64,000 nucleotides of DNA. Source: Squalus acanthias (Eukaryota). Position numbers and translations under genes: made by a program. The stretch covers positions 115,136,001-115,200,000 of the forward strand of contig CM059431.1 in NCBI GenBank assembly GCA_030390025.1, written 5' to 3'. Shown one piece after another: positions 1 to 12,756 of this stretch; the stretch's first letter is position 1; the number at the start of each line of letters is the position of its first letter. A model generated the notes under the pieces. The model was not told the origin of the DNA and made no database searches. It worked only from the letters and a program-made list of their open reading frames with translations.

Positions 1-1198
1 AAAAACCTCACCCTGGACCCTCTGTCCTTGTATCTACTCTCCCATCTACATTATCTCTCCTTATTCTCCACAACTTCTTTGTGGCATTTGACTCAGTCAA
101 CCATGCCATTCTCCTCCAATACCTCTCCTCTGTTGTCCAGCTCTGTGGGACTACACTCACTTAGCTTCACTCCTGGCTATCTAAACATAATTTCATAGAG
201 GATCTCCAGCAATGGCTTCTCTTCCCATCCACGGAATGTTACCTCCAGAGTTCCGCAAGGACCTGGCCTTGGCCCAAACCTCTTCCTGATTTACACTACT
301 CAGCGACATCATCTGCTGGGTCAGCTTTCACATGGTCACCGACAACGCACAGCTCTACCTCTCCATCACCTCTCTCAACTCCTTAACTACCTCAGAGCTG
401 TCAATCTGTTTGTCTGACATCCAGGCTTAGATAAGTCTGAACTTCATCCAAAGTGGAAAGACTGAAGCCATTGTCTTTTCCCCCCAGCACAAACTCTGTT
501 CCCTTGCCACTGATTTAATTCCCTCCTCAACTGTAGTATCCTGGTAAATCTGTCTGTTTGCAACCTCAGAGTCCTATTCAACCCTATACCCTCTCCATCA
601 CATAAACCTCATATTCCACCTCTGCAGCACTGTGCATCTATACCTCAATCTCAGCCCCTCCACTTTGGAAATCCTCATATCTGCTACTCTCACCTCTAGG
701 CTCAAGCACACCAATGCTCTTCTTACTGACTTCTCTTCCTCCACCCTCTACAAACTCCAGTTTGTCCAAAATTTTGCCGCATGCATCCTGTTTTGCACTG
801 AGCTCCGCTCACCCATCATCCCTATCCTTTCTGACCTACACTTTTTCACCATTTTCCATAGCCTCTTCTCCATAACTTCCTCCAGCCCTACATCACCTCT
901 CAATACTCCATTCTTCTGACTTCAGCCTCATATACATCCTTTCTCTCTTCACCCTACCATTGGCAGAAACACCTTCAGCTGTCTGGGTCTTATGATCTGA
1001 AATTCACTTCCTAAACCCCTTCCCCTCTCCACCTCTTTTTAAAAAAACACCTCAAAACTCACCTTTTTGGCCAAACATTTGGTCTCCCCTCTTAATCTCT
1101 CCTTCTCTGGCTCAGTGTCTGTTTTCCATACACCTATCTGTGACATGCCTTGGCATGTTCCTTACATTAAAGGAACTATAAAAATGTATGCTGTTGTT
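1..1198 (+). mobile_element. Degenerate L2-clade LINE, RT region plus 3' tail
   Basis: Frameshifted remnants of RT motifs: AFDSVNHAILL (~84), VTSRVPQG..LGP.LFLIY (~238) and FHMVTDNAQLYL (=YADDTQLY, ~327). The 3' tail (gccttggcatgttccttacattaaagg..tgctgttgtt) matches the L2 tails at 12420-12756 and 56420-57079. Confidence 0.8.
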
Positions 1199-1202
1199 AT
1201 GT

Positions 1203-2002
1203 GGAACAGTAGTAGGCCATTCAGCCCCTCGAGCCTGTTCCGCCATTCAATTAGATCATGTCTGATCTGTATCTTAACTCCATCTACCCGCCTTGTTTCC
1301 GTAACCCTTAATACCCTTGCCTAATAAAAATCTAACAATCTCAGTTTTGAAATTTTCAATTGACCCCCAGCCTTAACAGTTTTTTGGGGTAGGGAGTTCT
1401 AGATTTCCACTACTCTTTGTGTGAAGAGGTGCTTTCTGACATCACCACTGAACGGCCTAGCTCTAATTTTAAGGTTATTCCCCCTTGTTCTGGACTCTCC
1501 CACCAGAGGAAATAGTTTCTCTCTATCTACCCTATCAACTCCTTTCGTCATTTTAAACACCTCAATTAGATCTCCCCTTAATCTTCTATATTCAAGGGAA
1601 TACAAGCTTTGTCTATGCAACCTAGCCTCGTAATTTAACCCTTTTAGCCCTGGTATCATTCTGGTGAATCTGCGCTGCATCTCCTGCAAAGCTAATATAT
1701 CCTTCCTGAGGTGTGGTGCCCAGAACTGAATGCAATACTCCAGATGTGGTCTCACCAGAGCTCTGTACAGCTCGAACATAACTTTCACTCCTTTGTATTT
1801 CAACCCCTGTAGGCCAACATTCTATTATCTTTTCTAAATTATTTTTTGTACCTGTCCACTAGTTTTTAGTGATTTCTGTACTTGGACCCCTAAATCTCTC
1901 TGCTCCTCCACAGTTCCCAGCTTCTCACCATTTAGAAAATACTCTGATCCATCTTTCTTAGGTCCAAAGTGGATGACCTCATACTTTCCCACATTGAACT
2001 CA
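1203..2002 (-). mobile_element. CR1 LINE 3' fragment
   Basis: ORF 1399-1803(-) LYRALVRPHLEYCIQFWAPHLRKD...TRGNNLK...FTQRVV is the CR1 ORF2 C-terminus, followed by the CR1 3'UTR. Confidence 0.92.
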
Positions 2003-2119
2003 ATCGTGGTTCTGCCATGGGCATCGTTATACCTTTGTCACAATTGAGTACAAAGATTCACCAGAGGATTTATCATTAATAGGTGCAGCGCATATCCTTT
2101 GACTTCCAGGAAATGGCCT

Positions 2120-2760
2120 TCCATTCACCTTCTCCTTTCAGCCAATTTGGGTACATTGGAAAGTCTCAAAATGAATAAATCATGCATATTTCCGAGATAG
2201 TAGACATCAATGTGCATGATTTTAAGCTGCTGGTTGAAGTCCATTTGCATGCTGAGGGACTGAAGGCCTATCCTATTTATATGTGGCCCTGGACTTTGAG
2301 GAAGGACAACAATAATAACATGGGTGCAGTTGATAATGTCCTGGACATTGGAGATATGTGTCAACTAGTAGAAACCAAGTTCTTTTGTGCCTGTTGCTCA
2401 TGGTCTATGTTGACCTCAGTGAACTGGTATGTCTTTTGATAGAGAGCCTCTGCCACATCATGAAATGCAGCAGTTGATGCATACTGGCTGATTCTTGTCC
2501 AGTCTCTGGTGGGTGCCTGGAGGGTACTGGTGATGTAGAAATTCACTGCAATGGTTACCTAGACACTGAAGACACGGTACCTTGTGTTGACTTTGTTGTG
2601 GATTGTCCTGAACCAAGGAGCAAAGGTTCATAACAGCTTCCTTACTCAGCCAGAACCTCATCAGATACTGCTCCTTGGTGAGCCGCAGTTAATGGTGCCT
2701 TGCACAGAAGTGTCTGCAGCCTGGAGTAGATAGCAGGTTCAGCACTGGTCCTTGGCGTTT
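2120..2760 (-). pseudogene. PIF/Harbinger DDE transposase remnant
   Basis: Frameshifted pieces RFWLSKEAVMNLC / NFYITSTLQ..ISQ / SNVQDIINCTHV...INRIGLQSLSMQ...YLGNMHDLFILR follow the Harbinger/HARBI1 order GxIDCTH, NRKGxHSxNxQ, PGSxHD. Confidence 0.8.
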
Positions 2761-3587
2761 CCTTTCTGTAATATCCACCATATGCACTTCCTCTGTGCCC
2801 TACCCATATTATGGTCCTGGAATTATCCTTCTGCTAGTGAGTATGCGCAGGAAACAACAATATCAGTACATGATGTACAAAATCCTCTTCAGCTGGTAAA
2901 TGCTATACTTTACAATCAATAGAAATGGCCTCAAGTGCTCCATGTGCCAATTATGAGTATGGTACCCAAATGAAGAGAGGGTGACTGTGACTGCTCAGGT
3001 TCATTCTGTGAAAAAACACCACTGTACTTGGCATATAGAGAAGCTCAGCACAGTTCTTCTGACTGCAAGTCAAACTAAAAGCGCAGTGTAAATATATATG
3101 GTGAGTGCACAGTTATGATGATATTTGCATTTATATAGCACCTTATCATGAATTGTTTCATACAGTGGATTGTCGTGACTGTTGTTACGTAGGCAAAGGT
3201 GTAATGAGTGTTTACTCATTAAAGTGCATGACTTTGCAAGTTATAGAAGAAAGCAATGATGATTTATGTGGCTGACAAGGTGATTTATAACATGCAGACT
3301 CCAGTAGAAGTACACTACATATATACTTCACTACACTGAGAATGTAAGTTTATTTAGCAAATAAAATAAGCCAGGTGAGGTTTGATTATGGAGGCCATGA
3401 CTGATTGCGGAGGCCATATGTAAGGGAAGGGGTCAAGTCAGAAATGACAGTGGGATAATTACCATCCTTGGAAAGGAGGCACCCTGTTTCAGATAATGTG
3501 GGCTGCTGAGACTTGGGATATATTTCCTATGTGTGTATAGATGAAGAGGAATTGTTGCACTAAATGCATTGGCTTATAATGATACCC

Positions 3588-4587
3588 TCGTATCCCAAAC
3601 TTTACTTATTGTGTACCCCCCTCCAGATCTACCAGCTGCCCGCATACCCCTACCAGCATACAGGTTTAATATTTTAATCTCTTTAATGCCCAAGCACTGT
3701 ACAAAATGTACATATTATATGTAAAGATGAGATGTTCCAGTACAGCTACAACACTGCATCTAACCAGCAAGGTGGAAAATTGCCCAGTTATATCCCATCC
3801 ACTAAAAGCAGAACAAATCCAATCCGGCCAATTACCGCCCCATCAGTCTACTCTCAATCATTAGCAAAATGATGGAAGGTGTTGTTGACAGTGCTATCAA
3901 GCGACAGTTACTCACCAATAACCTGCTCACCGATGCTCGGTTTGTGTTCCGCCAGGACCACTCGGCTCCAGACCTCATTAAGGCCAGGTCCAAACGTGGA
4001 CAAAACGGATTGATTCCAGAGGTGAGGTGAGAGTGACTGCCCTTGACATCAAGGCAGCATTTGACCGAGTGTGGCATCAAGGAGCCCTAGTAAAATTGAA
4101 GTCAATGGGAATCGGGGATAGCTCTCCACTGGCTAGAGTCATTATTGGGAGCGACTGCTCGTATACGTGTCACTACTTCACTATGCCGACCAGTAATTAA
4201 CTTTGCTCCATCGGTGCAGATGCCAATACATTGTGACAGAGTTATAGAGCAATGCATATAACCAAAAAAATCCAACTTAGTTCTGAGCTGAGTTAGACTG
4301 GACAATTGCTGGCCAACTGAAACCACACTGTAGTGTAGGGTGGTTGGAGACAAGGGCTCTGTATGTCATCATCTCTGTGTACCTGTGTTCTCATTGGTAC
4401 AGCTTGAAGTAAATGAACTACTTTAGATAACAAATTTAAAGCTTTGTCTGAGTAGCCCATTATAAAAGTGCAATAAATAAATGAAATAATAAATAAAATC
4501 CACCGTTAGACAAGTTCTCCTGCGTGCCCTCGAGAGATGTCTCACGTACCCACAGGGGTACACGTACCACAGTTTGGGAACCCCTGC
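3588..4587 (-). mobile_element. hAT (Charlie-like) DNA transposon deletion derivative, interrupted by a LINE fragment
   Basis: Right end reads CAGGGGTTCCCAAACTGTGGTACG on the - strand, a Charlie-type terminus. Transposase piece CIGICTDGAKLITGRHSEVVTRIRAVAPN at ~4143-4235(-). A possible degenerate left end (tatcccaaact) lies at ~3590. Confidence 0.65.
3733..4142 (+). mobile_element. Non-LTR retrotransposon RT fragment (CR1/Jockey-group, distinct from the main CR1 family)
   Basis: Reads KSNPANYRPISLLSIISKMMEGVVDSAIK...LDIKAAFDRVWHQGALVKLKSMGI. Confidence 0.85.
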
Positions 4588-5757
4588 CCTAGTAAAGTAA
4601 GTTTTTCTTAACTTTACACGCAAAGGAAATATACTGCTTGGTTCCAACTCAGGGAATAACTTCGAGTCAAGTCTGACCAGATGAGAATATCACCTCTGTA
4701 TTATTTGAGGAAAGACTATCTGAAGCAGATGCAGATATCATGCTGTCATTTCTGACTGGAGTCATCCACTTACAGAGATCCCTCATAATTAGTTCCCATA
4801 CAAAATGGTTCAACATTCCTGACACTAACAATTTGTTTTTTGTTTTGCTTTTGCTATTTACGTATCTGCGCCTTACTGATGGCCGAAAATGACCTTCAGG
4901 GGGATACAATTAGTTTTAAGGGAACAGATTTCTTCACCAGTTTGTACACTACAGATGCACTTTTGAACATTTTGGTAATGAATTTTGTGATTAAAACATG
5001 CTTTCAAATTGTATGGTATTTAAAGAGAATGTTAAGAGGATTATGTGTTCAGTTGGGTTAAATATAATACTGCTTCTCACACTTTTGTACACGTCTGGGC
5101 TAGATTCTGAAATCCGCTTGTGAAACTTTTAAAAAATTTGAGGTTGGTATTTGGGAAAGAATAGCCTATTCATTCAAATCTATCTTTTTGTGATTTTTAT
5201 CAGTAATGAATAATAACAGTACCTTTTTTGAATATTGTGAGAGTCGCCTTGTTAAAAAAACATGATCACACAATAGCTAATAGGCATGCGTGATACATAG
5301 AAAATGTCAAGACTGGAAAAGACCAGGGGGGGAGTTTTAACATGGAGGAGCGTGTGGGTTTGAGAGCGGTTGGAGGGTTAAAGTCGGTAAAATTGACAGC
5401 GCGTCAGGAAGCCGGCTCCAGCCCCCCGACTTCTGGGTTTCACTCTAGCACGTTAGACTGCGTGCATGCAATGTCCTCGGGAGAGGCGGGTTGGCAATTA
5501 ACATCTGTTAATCGCTCAATTAGAGCGATATTGACACCGATTTTTAAGTTTAACGGGTTTCCCCAGCTTCCTGAAACTCACCAGTGAAAGGAAGGCGAGA
5601 ACACAGCGGCAATTGAGGGGGTCGATCAATCTCAGGGAAATATGGCAATAAATACTCAGTACTAACAGCTGCTTTCTTACCTGCTAGTGGGAAAGGGTGT
5701 TCACAGTACATTTGCTGAGAGGTTACTTTCTACACTTGGAGGTTTGTTCTATCAGAT

Positions 5758-5938
5758 CATAAGAACATAAGAAATAGGAGCTGGAGTAGGCCATTTGTCC
5801 CTTCAAGCCTGCTCCACCATTCAACAAGATCATGACTGATCTTCTACCTCAACTCCACCTTCCCGCACTATCCCCATATCCCTTCATTCCCTTCGTTCCC
5901 AAAAGATGTATCGACCTCTGTCTTGAATGTACTCAGCT
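5758..5938 (-). mobile_element. CR1 3' tail
   Basis: cataagaacataagaaataggagctggagtaggcc... is the reverse complement of the CR1 3'UTR with its 8-bp terminal repeats. Confidence 0.85.
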
Positions 5939-6537
5939 CAGGATGGGTGCCACTTATGCTGCCTCAGATTGGACCTCAGATACAGACCAAGATGACCAAC
6001 AACAGCACCAGCAACAGCACTGCTGGTCACAGACCTGTAGCTGCACAGGAGAGAAGGGAGCAGCAGAGAAGTTTGAACCTACAGAAGGACCAAGACACAG
6101 GGTGCAGATCCTCTTCGGAGAATTCCGAGGAGGAGGAGGAGGATGATGAGCAGGAGGAAGGTGATAAGTGCAATGCACCACCATTGCTGCCTGGGATGCC
6201 AGGGGTGCCCTGATGATTGTGAGGTTCACTTAGGTTCCACCAGTGGACCCATCTCACAACCACATAAAACAGCCACTTTTCCACCCCCCCCACCCCCCTT
6301 CCCAAGGCCACTAACACAAAGCAGTCCTGTAAACAACGACCACCCGTTTCTCAATCCCCCATTGGTCACCGTCAATTCATGTCTTCCCATTCATCATCAA
6401 ACAGCTTCAAAGGCCACTTGCCACCCAGCAACCAAGAATGGGCAAGATGGGAAAGTGGTGCAAAAGAATAATATTTACGTGCTTTAGTTAAAGGACAGAA
6501 ACATTTCGAAGGCACCCATGTGCATACCCTTGTGCAG

Positions 6538-8450
6538 CTACAAATCTTTAATCTTCCTTTTCCTAGCGCTCCTATGTGGTGTAATTCCTGTGGCTTGAGC
6601 AGAGGTAGAGGCAGGCTGCTCACATCCCTGCTCTAACTGTTGAGATGCTCTTGGCCGATGTCCTCTGGATTTTGGAGCCTGTGAGGGCCCCGCTAGAGAC
6701 TGTTCCACCTGCACCTGTGCAGGGGCAGACTCGGCCATCGGGACATGAGGCAGCATGTCAGGTGATGACTGGGGGGTGCAACATGTGAGAAGTGGAAGCG
6801 CTTTGAGTGGAGTCTCCACTTCCATGTCCCCTTTCACCATCATTCTTCGCGTGGGCCAGCCGCACTTCACTGCTACCGCTGTGCTGGAGAGCACCTTGCT
6901 GCAGATCAGTGGGTGCTGTAAGGCCAAGGCTGAGGTATCTGTCATCCTGTTTAAGGTGGCACCCAGAGTCTGCAGGCCCTTGCTTAAGGCCTGCATGGAC
7001 TCGTGTGATTGCCACGTTTGATGTTCCTTGCAGTTGGCCACTCTATCCATGCAAGAAGACATAATCGCAGTGCCTTGCGACATCAATCCACCGATGCTTG
7101 AGGCAAACTCCTCTAATCTCTGGACAGTGTGCTTGGAAGGCCTTTCAGTACGTCGCACATTATCTGCTGCTGCTCAGTGATTATCCTCTTCATCGACAGC
7201 CCCCTGGGATACAGCATCTGTGTCAAGCTGAGCAGAGCTTAGAGAGGGCTGCTCCCTTCGACGCAGACTCTCCACTGCTGTCCTCCCCACCACCATCTGC
7301 TCTTGCTCACAGATACCATTCCCCAGCAGAAGTGTGAGTCACCAGGTGAAAACCCAACTATCTCTCTTACTGGTCCCACCGAAGTGTGAGTATCTGAGCT
7401 GGTGCATGGTTTGCATGAGTCATGTGACGGTGCAACCTCAGAAAGATTCAGCTGCTCTGTGGAATCTCCGTCCGCCACCTCCACCGGCTTCTGTGGGACG
7501 GGTGAAGGCCCTGTGGGAGATAAAACACATGAACAAGTACTGGCAAGGTAAGAATGTTACAAGTTATCATTATGAAGATGATCATATTTCACTCGCTGTT
7601 GAAATCAAGTCAACATGACTGAGTGCCGTATGACATGTGGGTGACTGATAGTTAATTGTGTCACCAGATAGCTGTGAGGCCCCCATCTCCCCATCTCTGA
7701 CGGCCTGACATGCTGAGACTCCACAGATTTCCAACATCTCCTCCTCTGCACTTGTAAATTGGGAAATGCGTGGAGGGCCACCTCCAGTTCTCTGCCTGTC
7801 CAGGTATTCAGTGCTCTCGTCTCCTGCAACGAGGGAAAGAACAGATCTATGTTCAGCCATGAACGCATTGAATGGCGGTGCAGGCTCGAAGGACCGAATG
7901 GTCTACTCCTGTACCTATTTTCTATGTTTCTATGTTTCTATGAGTGAGTGTAATGGCATGTGTTCAGCCAATGGATGGAGAGCATTTGGTGAGGGTGACT
8001 ATGAGGGACAAGCATGAAATTGCTTAAGGATGAGGGTGAGTGGCAGTGGTGGATGGATAAATGGAAATGTGAGGAAATGCATAGAAAAAGAAGGATGGGA
8101 GGGCATGCAAGGTAAATGGGTGTGAGGAGTGATGAGATGTAGTAGGCTTGAGAAGGCAGAGTGAGGGGTTGGGATGGTGCGTACAGCAGGATATAGGTGA
8201 ATGTGCAACTGTACTCACCTTTCCTGACCTGGTTAGGTCATGAAAGTGCTTCCTGCACTGATTCTATGAGCGTGGCAATACGCTCCTGCTGCTGACCTCC
8301 TGGGCCACTGCCAGTCACACATTTTTGGTGTCAGCAGCAGATTTCTTCCTCCCGTTGCTGGGGAATAGATCCTCTCTCCGACTCCTCACGGCCCCCAGCA
8401 GCACATCAAGGGAGGCGTCATTAAAGCGGGGCGCAGCCTTTGAGCGTCCT
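6538..8450 (-). pseudogene. Harbinger Myb/SANT (trihelix) DNA-binding protein gene, 3 exons, decayed
   Basis: Exon 1 (~8450-8219) KAAPRFNDASLDVLLGAVRSRREDLFP...V*LAVAQEVSSRSVLPRS*NQCRKHFHDLTRSGK|gtgagt has two stops. Exon 2 (~7823-7665) contains RQRTGGGPP..TSAEEEML. Exon 3 (~7510-6538) ends RSARKRKIKDL*. Confidence 0.8.
7850..7942 (+). mobile_element. CR1 extreme 3' tail inserted in the Myb-gene intron
   Basis: cagccatgaacgcattgaatggcggtgcaggctcgaaggaccgaatgg...(tttctatg)n. Confidence 0.8.
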
Positions 8451-9066
8451 GATTCCACAGTGATAGGTCCTTCCTCTGTTGTTTCCACCTCCTAGCTCCT
8501 GCAAGTTGCATCTTTGGATTGGCCCTTTAAATACCGGAGTTGAGATCGTGTCATGCGGGTCCTCAGTGCACCCGCTGCCGTGGATTGGACGGGAAACCCG
8601 GAAGTAAAATGGTAATGAGGTGGCTGCGCAAAAAGCCTCAGACATACGTGCTGAACATACGTCCGGGTTTCCCACGTGATATCAGAACCCCACCCCGTCC
8701 CAGCACGTCTTCCAGTTAATAGCGGGGCCCATAGGTCCATCTAATGCAGCAAAATGCTACACCATGGAGTTCTAGAACACAAATTTGCGTTCATAATTCT
8801 CTGCCAAGCTAATTCCCTAACTCAGCCATGCTGTTAGAGAGTGGCAGAGTAGAAGTTTGGTATATCCTCATAGGGAGTCAGGGAAAATCAAAGGCAAGTC
8901 ACCCTCGACCACTTTCAGTGGCTAGCCACACAGCATAGGCCTGGAAATATATTCTTGTTGCTCTTTCTGCTGGGGAACGCTATAAGGTAGGAGAGGCCTA
9001 AAAAAGGGACAATATTTACCTTTAGTTTAAGATGGAGCAACGCCCTGGAAAAATTAAGATATCAGA

Positions 9067-9475
9067 GAGAATTTTAGCCCCCAAAAACAGGTGGGTTTAG
9101 GTTGGGTGGGAAGTAAGAATGTAAAAAAATATCAAACCCGAACCCAACCCGCCCACGGACCAGCCCACTTCTGGTGTTAACGGAGGCAGGACTGCGGGGG
9201 GTGGGGGCGGGGGAAGTGGTGGCGCGATGAACCCGCTCCCAAGAGGTGGCATTAACTTAGCTGCTCCTGGGCTGCGGCCTTCTCTGCAGCATTCCCCGCC
9301 CGACAAAGAACCAAGGCTGTAAATCAGTCTGGCTTCTGGGCAGGGGGAACCTTTAAAAGAAAAACACGCACGCCATGGAGTTCAAACTCCACAGCGTTCA
9401 GGGAAACCCGGACTTCCCGACCAGAACTCCTTCCCCCGCCGCTTGGAAATCCCGTCCCAGTAAATATCGGGGCCA
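9067..9475. mobile_element. Harbinger-type MITE (degenerate)
   Basis: GC/CpG-rich block with aacccgaacccaacccgccc motifs and ends (gagaatttt... / ...aaatatcggggcc) resembling the other MITEs in the window. Confidence 0.5.
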
Positions 9476-9706
9476 TCGTTTCTTGGAGACACTCTGGAAT
9501 AAAACTCTTTCCTCTAATTTTGTACCTTCTTAGACTCAATCTCCATTTACAGAATTGTTCCTTTTGGTAAAAAAATCTGTAGGAAACAATCTGGTAAAAT
9601 TGATGATAAACACAATAGGACTGATTTTCTGAATGCGCCTTACCAGTGGGCAGCATTGCCCATCAGCTGTACATATTGGAAAATCGTGGATGCACCGCCC
9701 ATGATT

Positions 9707-10026
9707 GGGCAACACGGTGGCATAGTGGTTAGCCCTGTTGCCTCACAGCGCCAGGGACCCGGGTTCGAATCCGGCCTCGGGCGACTGTCTGTGTGGAGTT
9801 TGCACATTCTCCCCGTGTCTGCGTGGGTTTCCTCCGGGTGCTCCGGTTTCCTCCCACAGTCCAAAGATGTGCGGGTTAGGTTGATTTGGCTAGGATAAAT
9901 TGACCCTTAGTGTTAGGGGGGATTAAATACGTGGGGTTACGGGGATAGGGTGGGATGTGTGTCGGTGCAGGCTCGATGGGCCGAAATGGCCTCTATCTGC
10001 ACTGTGGGGATTCTGTGATTTTCTAT
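9707..10026 (+). mobile_element. tRNA-derived V-SINE (HE1-type)
   Basis: Pol III A box TGGCATAGTGG (9718-9728) and B box GGTTCGAATCC (9762-9772). V-domain GTGTGGAGTTTGCACATTCTCCCCGTGTCTGCGTGGGTTTCCTCCGGGTGCTCCGGTTTCCTCCCACA. CR1-like 3' tail gggccgaaatggcct...gattct. Confidence 0.92.
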
Positions 10027-11079
10027 CCATTATAGATGGGAAACCATGGGCAATAAATCCACAATTCCCTGATATGCAAATTTGGCGGGTAGTGCGCATG
10101 CAGGAAATTGACCCTTAATGTGCTTATATTAACATTTGAATACAGCATCCAATTATTCAGGTAAAGTGCATTAAAAAAGTAGCACATTCATCTGTGAGGT
10201 GTAGACCGAAAATAAATAGATTAAAAGTACCTTGTGATATTCCCTGAAGGCCACACGGACTAAATTAATTCCATGAGTTCTTTACACATGGGACACCAAT
10301 GAGATTACTGGCAAAGAGTATTTCAAGCATTTACCACATAGGTTCAATTAACAGTGGCTAGAACAAGCCCTCCTGTTTGGTTAATTGATAAGTGGCCTTG
10401 AGAATAACTGGCCCAGCTCTGGTGCAACTGATAACAATAGCAACTGTAACCAACAAAGTGGCAAAATGATATCCAACCATATGAGCTGCTGATAGTGCAG
10501 AACTGATCCATTCCAGATGGTATTGCTTTTGGCTCATGCTGAAGTATAAGGGTTTGGATGAACTCCGAAAAAGGGAATTGTATGTGCCCTGAAGCATGCC
10601 AACTTGTGGAGGTACAATCCCAGACAGGAAAACACACAAAAAAGATAAAGGTACTCTTTGATAATGATTCCTTTGCTTGTCGTCAATGTGGATTTAGTTC
10701 TCCCAACCTGTATCAATTCAGAGTTTGTACAGGTTCTGACCAGTGTCATTTATCTGCGCATATCAAGCTGAACGCTATGATTCTCGCTGCCAATGTTTGT
10801 GGCCAAGTTGCAGTTTTGGCAGCCAAGTTGTTAATGGAAACTCAGTGGTCCAATCGTTGATCTACTTCCAGAGAATTGTACTTGAGTAACATCCTACACC
10901 AGACAGGAAGCCTGAAGTAGCTGGGAATACTGTGCTGCAGTCTTAACCTCAGGAAACTCCGAGGTCAGGATTGAGGTGTGGGATGTGAAAGTTCTGGGCC
11001 TGATGTCCTAACTGAGCTGCACAGCCAAATAACTGAGCAAATCGGTGAAATTACAAGAGCACAAAGGATTTTTCTTCAA

Positions 11080-11180
11080 TAATACCAGAAAAAGCTGGAA
11101 TTATACAAGTCTGTCATTATCTGTATAGAGAAAAGACAGATCAATGTTCCAGGTGTGAACTTTTTTTGTCAGAACTGGGT
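11080..11180 (-). repeat. Degenerate Penelope-like terminal repeat fragment
   Basis: Aligns by eye with 51471-51575 (cagaaaa.gctggaa...atctgt..agagaaa..cag...ttttgtcagaactgg). Confidence 0.6.
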
Positions 11181-11269
11181 CTTGCTTCACTTGCAGCTAG
11201 CAAATTGGCCAGTATGGGAATTCCTTTGGGGATTTCAATGACGCTCCCCGATTTGGAGCAAGAAGAGAA

Positions 11270-12250
11270 GTTTCAGTGAAGAAAAGGATGGCAGGTTTGG
11301 TTACACTTGAGGTGTTTGGTACCCAATCACTCTCACCCAAGAAGCTATGTGTACAGATCTAGACGTAACTACCTTGGTATGTCAAAAGATACCTACGTCC
11401 CTTTATAGCCAACCCTTCACAGGTACGGCAATCACTGAGCTGTGGTATTTTCTCAAACCTGACCTCCAGACAACTTCCTTCACAGGGACAACACTTCTTA
11501 TGGCTATTAAGTAGCATTAACTTGCAATGCCAGCAGATCCCTCGAAGCCAAATGATGGAAACCACTTGTTTATTGGGGAAACACTTCCACCACTTTTCTC
11601 CTAAAAAGGAAGCAACAGCACAAGAGGGTATAGCACTTTTACTAGGTTGTGGGTTTTCCAAAATGCAGGGCCTTATTGATGACACACATGACTATCTTGG
11701 CCCCTAATACCAACCCTAGAGTCCACTTGGATAGGAAAACATTCAATTTTCTTAATATCCACGTGATGTTGGACCACAGGAACACAATCATGTAAGTGAA
11801 TGCCTGAAAGCCTGGTAGCACTCATGATGCCTTCATTTTGCATCTGTCACTGTCCTACCATTATTTGAAGCTGATGGAAGACTTGAAGGATGGCTCCTTG
11901 AGGGAAAAAGAAGTACACAGGTTACTGACCCTACTGAGAAACCAATGAATAGCCACAGAATACAGATACAATGAGATCCCTGTTTCCATCAGAATTCTGG
12001 TGTAGCACACTATTGGCATTAGCAGGCAGAGATTCCAATATGGACAGATCAGGGATGAGGTATCGGGAGACCTTCTATGTAGACCTCCCAAGGTTTCCAA
12101 AATCATAATCATCTACTGCATCTTGCATAAATTTGCCATGGAGAAAAGAATTAGTATTGGACAGGAGGATGAGAAAGCCTAGCCCCAATCTTTGGCCTAG
12201 GAACATGATGAAGAAGAAACGGATGAGGTTGCAGCTAGGAAGACTCATGC
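11270..12250 (+). pseudogene. PIF/Harbinger DDE transposase remnant
   Basis: GFSKMQGLIDDTH (11650), DRKTFNFLNIHVMLDH..IM*VNA*KPGSTHDAFIL (11730-11840), GWLL, TEYRYNE and KVSKIIIIYCILHK, then an acidic tail. Confidence 0.8.
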
Positions 12251-12419
12251 ACCAGTCACTGGTTGAGAAGACATTCACCTAACTGACTAATCGGAATGCT
12301 CAGAAACCATCCCATCCTATTGTTCACAAGACAATGGCCACATCAACACCATGCCCTCCATTATCGTATATTGTGCCTCAAGTCTCACGTATGGCCATTA
12401 ACCCATCTGCTGCTACTTT

Positions 12420-12756
12420 AGCAGCCCTACAACCCTCCAAGATCTCTGCACTCCTCCAATTCTGGCCTCTTATGCATCCCCGATTTTCATTACTCCACCA
12501 CTGGTGGCCATGCCTTCAGCTGCCTAGGCCCTAAGCTCTGGAATTACTTCCTAAACCTCTCCGCCTCTCTACCTGTCTCTCCATCTTTAAGACGTTCCTT
12601 AAAACCTACCTCTTTGACCAAGCTTTTTGTCATCTGTCCCAATATCTCCTTTTGTGGCTTGATGTCAAATTTTGTTTGATAACGCTCCTGTGAAGCACCT
12701 TGGGATGTTTTACTACGTTAAAGATGCTATGTTAATGCAAGTAGCTGTTGTTGTTG
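12420..12756 (+). mobile_element. L2-clade LINE 3' end
   Basis: cagccctacaaccctcc...gccttcagctgcctaggccctaagctctggaat...tactacgttaaag..(tgt)n, closely similar to 56750-57079. Confidence 0.85.

Larger units (their letters stand above)
5326..8730. mobile_element. PIF/Harbinger element with internally deleted transposase (+) and spliced Myb/SANT gene (-)
   Basis: Weak GGG..TTAAC terminal similarity. The + strand gives MGATYAASD..QQQHQQQH joined to an acidic C-terminus ending RFT* (5943-6233) with no DDE core. A convergent Myb gene lies at 6538-8450. Confidence 0.75.

Noticed and set aside
2120..2760. Domesticated HARBI1 gene (also 11270-12250)
   Set aside because: Multiple stops, frameshifts and altered catalytic motifs show neutral decay.
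9707..9780. tRNA gene
   Set aside because: A/B boxes run directly into the V-SINE core, with no cloverleaf 3' end or terminator.
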